Positions 1 through 5,416 of a stretch of 29,377 nucleotides of DNA are shown one piece after another (the first letter of the stretch is position 1; each line of letters begins with the position of its first letter). This stretch comes from Minisyncoccota bacterium (GTDB lineage: Bacteria; Patescibacteriota; Minisyncoccia; Minisyncoccales; GWA2-38-27). The stretch covers positions 1 through 29,377 of the forward strand of contig JAQUNM010000001.1 of assembly GCA_028717605.1 (NCBI GenBank). Direction: 5' to 3'. A program made the position numbers and the translations under genes. Under the pieces are notes generated by a model. The model searched no databases, was not told the DNA's origin, and worked only from the letters and a program-made list of their open reading frames with translations.

Positions 1-2
1 AT

Positions 3-269
3 TCATTATCAGATACAGCTAAGGTAATAGTTAATAAAACAGCTGTAGCAGGAGCAGCAACTAATGTTTCTACTGGTTTGACTAATAATGCTTTACTAGA
101 TTCATTTTTTATCCCTTTAGTAATTACTTTATTAATTCTTTGGTTTTTCAAATTCTATATTGTGAGAATTGAGGCTTGGTTAGATAATAGAAAAAAAGAA
201 TATAAAGATTTTAGGTTTAAAAAAGCATTTGAGACAAAAGTTAATAAGATTAAATCTAGAGAATTATAA
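3..269 (+). CDS. 5'-truncated CDS; C-terminus of a probable surface/secreted protein with a TM anchor and basic tail
   Basis: The frame of track ORF 78..269 is open from position 3 (SLSDTAKVIVNKTAVAGAATNVSTGLTNNALLDSFFIPLVITLLILWFFK...). The track start is an internal TTG. A hydrophobic helix is followed by a K/R-rich tail. Confidence 0.75.
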   Translation, partial: SLSDTAKVIVNKTAVAGAATNVSTGLTNNALLDSFFIPLVITLLILWFFKFYIVRIEAWLDNRKKEYKDFRFKKAFETKVNKIKSREL

Positions 270-289
270 ACAAGATTTATCTTAATTCT

Positions 290-318
290 AAAAAGGACCG
301 TTTAAAACGGTCTTTTTT
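290..318. terminator. Bidirectional intrinsic terminator
   Basis: AAAAAGGACCGTT-TAA-AACGGTCTTTTTT hairpin with A/T tracts on both sides, between convergent genes. Confidence 0.8.
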
Positions 319-322
319 AGTT

Positions 323-354
323 AAAAGAAAAAACCTTAGATTTTCTCTAAGGTT
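323..354 (-). terminator. Intrinsic terminator of the minus-strand unit
   Basis: Perfect 9-bp stem AACCTTAGA(332-340)/TCTAAGGTT(346-354), 5-nt loop, followed on the minus strand by TTTTCTTTT. Confidence 0.7.
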
Positions 355-355
355 A

Positions 356-434
356 TGGACCCCCTTCCCACTGACTAAGTAGTTTGTCAGCTGTTAAATT
401 TCAACACCGAAAATAAGTTTCGGGGGAAGGGGGT
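356..434 (-). ncRNA. Putative tRNA-like cloverleaf (4-way junction) RNA of unknown family
   Basis: 359-369 ACCCCCTTCCC pairs perfectly with 424-434 GGGAAGGGGGT. Three internal hairpins (371-390, 392-406, 407-423). The minus strand ends ...GGGGG-T-CCA (358-356). No TTCRA T-loop or canonical anticodon loop, so not a standard tRNA. Confidence 0.5.
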
Positions 435-444
435 TATTTTAAAA

Positions 445-657
445 TTAATTTTCTATATTTACAGATATTACTTTATAATCATGATATCTTTCGAGATGCG
501 ATCTTACGGTTTTGTCTGTAAGACCATCAGAAGGCATAATTGCCCTACCAAGTTCAACTAAAGCATCACTCATTTTCTTTGTTTCTGTCAAAACTCCTAC
601 TTGTTTTGGTTCTCCGTTTTCTTTGCCAGAAACCATAAATATCCATTTATAATACAT
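445..657 (-). CDS. Hypothetical protein, 70 aa
   Basis: ORF with AGGAGGT SD (667-661) overlapping the upstream TAG stop. No recognisable motif. Confidence 0.75.
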   Translation of the reverse strand: MYYKWIFMVSGKENGEPKQVGVLTETKKMSDALVELGRAIMPSDGLTDKTVRSHLERYHDYKVISVNIEN

Positions 658-665
658 TTTACCTC

Positions 666-911
666 CTAGTTAAGGTTAATTACATATATTAGTAACGCTG
701 TTGTATCTAATATATAAGGTAACATTAATTCCCTTAAAAGAAGTTCTCTTTGGTCTGTTATATCTTGAGAAAATGGATTACAGGGTATTTTTCTGTCTAC
801 TATTCTTTGAGCTTCAAAAAAAACATGCATTAATTTCAGGGCTTTTTCGTGTTCTTTTTCTTTTAAGAATTCTTGAAATTTTTCATAATAAAGATCCGCA
901 GTTCTTTTCAT
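666..911 (-). CDS. Hypothetical protein, 81 aa, helical
   Basis: ORF with GGGAGG SD (921-916), downstream of a consensus promoter. No recognisable motif. Confidence 0.75.
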   Translation of the reverse strand: MKRTADLYYEKFQEFLKEKEHEKALKLMHVFFEAQRIVDRKIPCNPFSQDITDQRELLLRELMLPYILDTTALLIYVINLN

Positions 912-954
912 TATTCCTCCCTTTTTTAGTTTTTAATGTTCTTTTGATAAATTT

Positions 955-983
955 ATTATAATCTTTAAAATAAATTTTGTCAA
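955..983 (-). promoter_or_regulatory. Perfect-consensus sigma70 promoter
   Basis: Minus strand TTGACA (983-978), 17 nt, TATAAT (960-955). Confidence 0.85.
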
Positions 984-1000
984 TAGTAAAAATTTATTAA

Positions 1001-1029
1001 TTGACAAAGTTTTTTATTTAAAATAAAAT
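1001..1029 (+). promoter_or_regulatory. sigma70 promoter of the nrdD-like/SDR/rubrerythrin operon
   Basis: TTGACA (1001-1006), 17 nt, TAAAAT (1024-1029). Confidence 0.8.
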
Positions 1030-1060
1030 ACAATAAAGGTCGAGAATAAATAAAAAATAT

Positions 1061-1327
1061 ATGAAAAAAATATTGTGTCATGATTGTAAAAAAGTAATTG
1101 AGCTAAAAGAAGAAGAAATTAAGGACGGATTTAGGGTTGTATATAAAAAAGATGGAAAAGTAATTACTATTTTTAAGTGTAAGAATTGTTTTTCAAAAAA
1201 TAAAGCTTTAAATAATTTTCAAGATTGTGAGGTTTATTCTCGAGTAGTTGGTTATTTAAGGCCAGTTAAGCAATGGAACCAAGGAAAACAAAAAGAATTT
1301 AAGCAAAGAAAAGAATACAAAATATGA
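1061..1327 (+). CDS. Stand-alone class III ribonucleotide reductase (NrdD) C-terminal domain: Zn ribbon plus glycyl-radical loop
   Basis: CHDC...CKNC followed by YSRVVGYLRPVKQWNQGKQKEF, the NrdD RxxGY glycyl-radical signature. Only 88 aa, no catalytic barrel. Confidence 0.85.
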   Translation: MKKILCHDCKKVIELKEEEIKDGFRVVYKKDGKVITIFKCKNCFSKNKALNNFQDCEVYSRVVGYLRPVKQWNQGKQKEFKQRKEYKI

Positions 1328-2085
1328 TTAACCTTAATAATAAAATAGCTATTGTGACTGGAGCTAAACAAGGAATGGGCAAAGCCCATGCTTTAATCTT
1401 AGCGCAAGCTGGTGCCAAAGTAGTTGTTTCTGATATTAACTTACTAGATTGCGAAAAAGTAGTTAAAGAAATAAAGGATTTAGGCGGAGAAGCTTTAGCT
1501 ATTAAATGTGATATTAGTAATAAACAAGAAGTAGATAAAATGGTCCAAAAAACAAAAGAAGAATGGGGGAGAGTCGATATTTTAGTTAATAATGCTGGTA
1601 TTGCTGAGTTTAAACCATTTTTAGAAATGACGGAAAAAGATTGGGATAAGACTATTAATATTAATTTAAAGGGATATTTTTTGTGCTCTTTAGCTGTTTC
1701 AAAAGTAATGATAGAACAAAAATCAGGAACAATTATTAACATTGGTTCTATTGCTATGGGTCAAATGGGCGTAGGTTTTCCTAATTTAGTTCATTATGTT
1801 TCTTCTAAAGGAGGAATAGCTGGGATGACTGTTGCTTTAGCTATTGATCTTGCCCCTTATAATATTAGAGTTAACGCTATTGCTCCTGGAGTTATTGATA
1901 CTCCAATGATAGACCCAGTAAAATCAGATCAAACAGGATTAGAAGCATTAATTCAAAGAATTCCTTTAAAAAGAACTGGTCGACCAGAAGAAGTTTCTAA
2001 TGTCGTTTTATTCTTATCATCTGATCTTTCCTCATATATGACTGGAACAGTAATTCCAGTTGACGGAGGTTGGATTATAACTTAA
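1324..2085 (+). CDS. Classical SDR-family NAD(P)-dependent oxidoreductase (FabG/glucose-dehydrogenase-like)
   Basis: TGAKQGMG (TGxxxGxG), DILVNNAG, YVSSK (YxxxK), NAIAPG, VDGG. ATGA overlap with the upstream gene. Confidence 0.95.
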   Translation: MINLNNKIAIVTGAKQGMGKAHALILAQAGAKVVVSDINLLDCEKVVKEIKDLGGEALAIKCDISNKQEVDKMVQKTKEEWGRVDILVNNAGIAEFKPFLEMTEKDWDKTININLKGYFLCSLAVSKVMIEQKSGTIINIGSIAMGQMGVGFPNLVHYVSSKGGIAGMTVALAIDLAPYNIRVNAIAPGVIDTPMIDPVKSDQTGLEALIQRIPLKRTGRPEEVSNVVLFLSSDLSSYMTGTVIPVDGGWIIT

Positions 2086-2655
2086 ATGCAAACTTTAAAA
2101 AATTTATCAAAAGCTTTCATTGGAGAAAGCCAAGCTAGAAATCGTTATGATTTTTATGCCAAAATAGCTAAAAAAGAAGGTTATGAGCAAATAGCTGAAA
2201 TATTTTTAATTACAGCTGAGAATGAAAAAGCTCATGCTAAAAGATTATTTGAACATATTCAAAAAATAAAATCAGATAATCAAGAAATTTTAGTAGATGC
2301 AAGTGTTCCTAATATTTATGGTAACACAATAGACAATTTACAATCAGCTATTGAGGGAGAGAACCATGAATATACTCAAATGTATCCTGATTTTGCTAAA
2401 ACAGCAGAGCAAGAAGGTTATGAAGACGTTGCTATTCGTTTAAGATCTATTGCTAAGGCTGAAGAACACCACGAACAAAGATTTAAAAAAGTTTTAGAAC
2501 AATTAAAAAAAGAAAGTATATTTAAAAAAGATCAAGAAATTGAATGGGTTTGTAGAGAATGTGGTTATGTTCATAAAGGAACAGAACCTCCAGAAAAATG
2601 TCCTTCCTGCGATCATCCCAGAGCTTTTTATCAAGTAAAGTGCGAACAATATTAA
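2086..2655 (+). CDS. rbr: Rubrerythrin
   Basis: AFIGESQARNRY, ENEKAH, GENHE and EEHH diiron ligands; C-terminal rubredoxin CRECG...CPSC. Confidence 0.95.
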   Translation: MQTLKNLSKAFIGESQARNRYDFYAKIAKKEGYEQIAEIFLITAENEKAHAKRLFEHIQKIKSDNQEILVDASVPNIYGNTIDNLQSAIEGENHEYTQMYPDFAKTAEQEGYEDVAIRLRSIAKAEEHHEQRFKKVLEQLKKESIFKKDQEIEWVCRECGYVHKGTEPPEKCPSCDHPRAFYQVKCEQY

Positions 2656-2999
2656 GTGACCAAGAGTTTGAAAAATTAGTTAAACAAGGAATTGATTTAA
2701 TTCCAGAAAATATTTTAAAAAAACTGGAAAATATTGAAATTTGCATAGAAGATAAGTATCTTTTTAATAAATCAGGATCTTTAGTTTTAGGTCTTTACCA
2801 AGGAATACCCAAAATTAAAAGATGGGGTTATGGTCAGGTTTTACCAGATAAAATAACAATTTTTAAAAAATCAATAGAGAAAATTGCTAAAGACCAAAAA
2901 GATATTAAAAAAATTATAGCTAAAACAGTATATCATGAAATAGCTCATCATTTTGGGTATTCGGAAAAAGAGGTTAGAAAATTAGAGAAAAAAAGATAG
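2598..2999 (+). CDS. Minimal zincin-like metallopeptidase family protein (start uncertain)
   Basis: LGLYQG...PDKITIF and HEIAHHFG (HExxH). The recognisable part begins near DQEFEKLV at 2658. Confidence 0.85.
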   Translation: MSFLRSSQSFLSSKVRTILSDQEFEKLVKQGIDLIPENILKKLENIEICIEDKYLFNKSGSLVLGLYQGIPKIKRWGYGQVLPDKITIFKKSIEKIAKDQKDIKKIIAKTVYHEIAHHFGYSEKEVRKLEKKR

Positions 3000-3000
3000 T

Positions 3001-3567
3001 TTATTCTGTTTCTATTCTTTTAGTATATTCTCTTCTTTCTGTGTTTATTTCTATAATATCTCCCTTCTTTATAAACAAAGGAACATTTATTTTAGCCCCA
3101 GTTTCTAGGGTGATTAGTTTTGTTCCGGCTTGAGACCTATCTCCTTTAACCCCAGGAGGGGCTTCTATTACTTTTAGTTGTAATTTAATAGGAAGATTAA
3201 TATTAACAATTTTATCTTTAAAAATTACTATTTCTACTTCTTGGTTTGGTTTTAAAAAATCTATTTTTTCTTTAACTTGATCGCTAGAAAGAGTAATTCT
3301 TTCTTTATTTTTTTTAACAAAAACAAACTTGTCTCTATGAGAATAAATGAATTGAGCTAAAAATTTTTCTATTTCAGCTTGTTCTAGAACGTCAGAAGAC
3401 TGAAAGGTGTAAGAAAAAATTTCTTCAGTTATTAAGTTTTTAATTTTTGCTCTTAGAACAGAACTTCCTCTTCCTTTAAACATAGGAGAGCATTCTATTA
3501 TCTGATAAGGCTGATTATTTAAAATAATTTTTGAGCCTTTTTCTAAATTAGAATAAGATACTTTCAT
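3001..3567 (-). CDS. efp: Elongation factor P
   Basis: PPGVKGD, LETGAKINVPLFIKKGDIIEINT C-terminal signature; three-domain length. Confidence 0.95.
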   Translation of the reverse strand: MKVSYSNLEKGSKIILNNQPYQIIECSPMFKGRGSSVLRAKIKNLITEEIFSYTFQSSDVLEQAEIEKFLAQFIYSHRDKFVFVKKNKERITLSSDQVKEKIDFLKPNQEVEIVIFKDKIVNINLPIKLQLKVIEAPPGVKGDRSQAGTKLITLETGAKINVPLFIKKGDIIEINTERREYTKRIETE

Positions 3568-4399
3568 TGATTTTATTTCCTTTTAAAAAATCTTGAGCTA
3601 AGACAGGTTTTTTACCTTCTATTTGTAATAATTCTATTACTAAAGTTCCTTTTTTGCATTGAATAGTTAAATTATCATAAACTTTTCCTGGAATATCGGA
3701 AATATTTTTTTGATAATTTTTTGCCCTTAAAATTTTTATACGAATATCCTTGTTATTTTTCTTCCAGAAAGTAAAACAGCCTGGCCAAGGATTAAGAGCT
3801 CTTATTTTTCTTTCAATTATATCTGAAGACTCTTGCCAGTCAATTTTCCCATCTTCTTTTTGAAAAAGATGCGTATAAGTGGCTTGTTCTTCTTTTTGAT
3901 AAATTGGTATTATCTTTTTAGAAATCCAGTCAGGAATTGTTTTTATTAATAAATCAGCTGAAATTTCAGCTAGTTTTTTTTCTAAGCTTAAAAAAGTTTC
4001 TTTTTGTTTAATTAGATATTCCTTTTGTGAAACTATTTTTCCGTGATCTATTAATTCATCCATTAGAATAATAGTTGTTCCTGTTTTCTGATCATTATTT
4101 AAAATAGTTTGTTGTAAAGGAGATGGGCCTCGATGTTTAGGCAGCAAAGAAGGGTGGATATTTAAACTACCATATTTTGGAATACTTAATATTTTTTTAG
4201 AAAGAATTCTGCCAAAAGAAGCAACAATAAACAAATCAGCTTCTTTTATTAAAAAAGGAAAAAATTTAATAGGAATATCTGTTTTTAAGTTAGAATTTTT
4301 TGTTGTGGCAATTAAAAAAGGACAAAATTTTGTTTTGCTTAATTTATTTAAAATAACCGAAGAAAAGGTTGATGACCCAAAGAAAACTATTTTTAGCAT
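3548..4399 (-). CDS. fmt: Methionyl-tRNA formyltransferase
   Basis: FFGSS N-terminus, NIHPSLLPKHRG (SLLP motif), IRALNPWPG, QIEGKK. Confidence 0.95.
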   Translation of the reverse strand: MLKIVFFGSSTFSSVILNKLSKTKFCPFLIATTKNSNLKTDIPIKFFPFLIKEADLFIVASFGRILSKKILSIPKYGSLNIHPSLLPKHRGPSPLQQTILNNDQKTGTTIILMDELIDHGKIVSQKEYLIKQKETFLSLEKKLAEISADLLIKTIPDWISKKIIPIYQKEEQATYTHLFQKEDGKIDWQESSDIIERKIRALNPWPGCFTFWKKNNKDIRIKILRAKNYQKNISDIPGKVYDNLTIQCKKGTLVIELLQIEGKKPVLAQDFLKGNKINESILF

Positions 4400-4401
4400 T
4401 A

Positions 4402-4587
4402 TTAATCTTCTTGTTTTTCAGCAGCTGACTTATTCCATTCTAATAATTCTAGCTCCATAAATATTCTTTTAGCTTCCTCTGATCGTGGTTTTTTAGAAAT
4501 TATTTCTGCTAATATTCCTTTTTCTTTAGCCTGTTCTAATAAATCTTTTACTTGTTCTGCGGTGTCTTTTGTTGGTTCTTTTTCCAT
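4402..4587 (-). CDS. Hypothetical protein, 61 aa, charged helical
   Basis: ORF tightly packed between the 4615..5046 gene and fmt (2-nt gap). Confidence 0.65.
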   Translation of the reverse strand: MEKEPTKDTAEQVKDLLEQAKEKGILAEIISKKPRSEEAKRIFMELELLEWNKSAAEKQED

Positions 4588-4614
4588 AATATTTTTAAAA
4601 TAATTAAATGACCT

Positions 4615-5046
4615 TTATTTTTCTATTTTCCAATCTATGTCTTTTTCTTTTCCGGCAAATTCTAGCCATTCATCATCTTTTGTAATAACAAACCATTTTT
4701 TCTTTGCTTTTGACCAAATCATAGGATTTGATCTATAATATGGTTTTTTAACAATTTCTTTTGGTTTTAATTTATCTAGTTCCAGCCATTTTTTAAACAC
4801 GGTTTCAATTGAGTAGTCTAGATTTCTTGTTTGCGCCCATTGAGCCACTTTATCAATTGCTTTCTCAGCCTTATTTACAGAACCAGCTAATTCTAAAAGT
4901 TGTTTGGCTGGTCTAGTAAATCTAGAATAAATTATTTTTTGTTTTTTAATGTTTTGTTTAATTTGATCTAAATTTAAACCCTTGCTATAAAAATAATGAT
5001 TTACTATTTTTTGAATATCTGTTTCTTGCTTTTTTACTTTTTCCAT
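4615..5046 (-). CDS. Hypothetical protein (about 143 aa, Trp-rich C-terminus)
   Basis: The track start at 5067 lies in the promoter region. ATG at 5046 (MEKVKK) follows TGCTATTAT. Confidence 0.8.
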   Translation of the reverse strand: MEKVKKQETDIQKIVNHYFYSKGLNLDQIKQNIKKQKIIYSRFTRPAKQLLELAGSVNKAEKAIDKVAQWAQTRNLDYSIETVFKKWLELDKLKPKEIVKKPYYRSNPMIWSKAKKKWFVITKDDEWLEFAGKEKDIDWKIEK

Positions 5047-5080
5047 ATTAATATATAATAATAGCATATTTTAAAATTAT

Positions 5081-5416
5081 ATGGAACAAGAAAAAGAAAT
5101 CATAGAATTTATTGAAGGAAAAACAGAAAAAGAACCGATTAAAGAAACAACAGAAAAAACAAAACATCAAAAAGAGAAAGATCCAGAAACAGCCGTTACT
5201 TTTAAAGCAGAAGAAACAGAACAACAAAAAGAAGAAGTTTCAGAAATAGAAAATCTTAATTTTACTGGAAAAATAGAAAAACTTTTTAAATTAGCGGAAG
5301 TAAAAGGACTTTTGTATTCAATAGAAGTAGCTAGAAAGACAGGAGATGGTTACTTAATTGATGTTTTTAGGGACAGGTTAGCAGAAGATAATTATTATAA
5401 AAAATTTTTAAAATAA
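5081..5416 (+). CDS. Hypothetical protein, 111 aa, abutting the coupling ATPase
   Basis: Acidic low-complexity N-terminus, helical C-terminal block (KGLLYSIEVARKTGDGYLIDVFRDRL). Its TAA abuts the next ATG. Confidence 0.8.
   Translation: MEQEKEIIEFIEGKTEKEPIKETTEKTKHQKEKDPETAVTFKAEETEQQKEEVSEIENLNFTGKIEKLFKLAEVKGLLYSIEVARKTGDGYLIDVFRDRLAEDNYYKKFLK

Noticed and set aside
356-434. Cloverleaf as a canonical tRNA, tRNA-Sec, tmRNA end or SRP RNA
   Set aside because: No TTCRA T loop, D-loop GG or U33 loop; the 10-bp acceptor and arm lengths do not fit; no tmRNA or SRP signatures.
701-961. Track ORF 701..961 (+), 86 aa hydrophobic
   Set aside because: Antisense to the SD- and promoter-supported ORF 666..911 and runs across its promoter; hydrophobicity reflects T-rich antisense codons.
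1299-1742. Track ORF 1299..1742 (-), 147 aa
   Set aside because: Typical antisense shadow of a conserved SDR gene.
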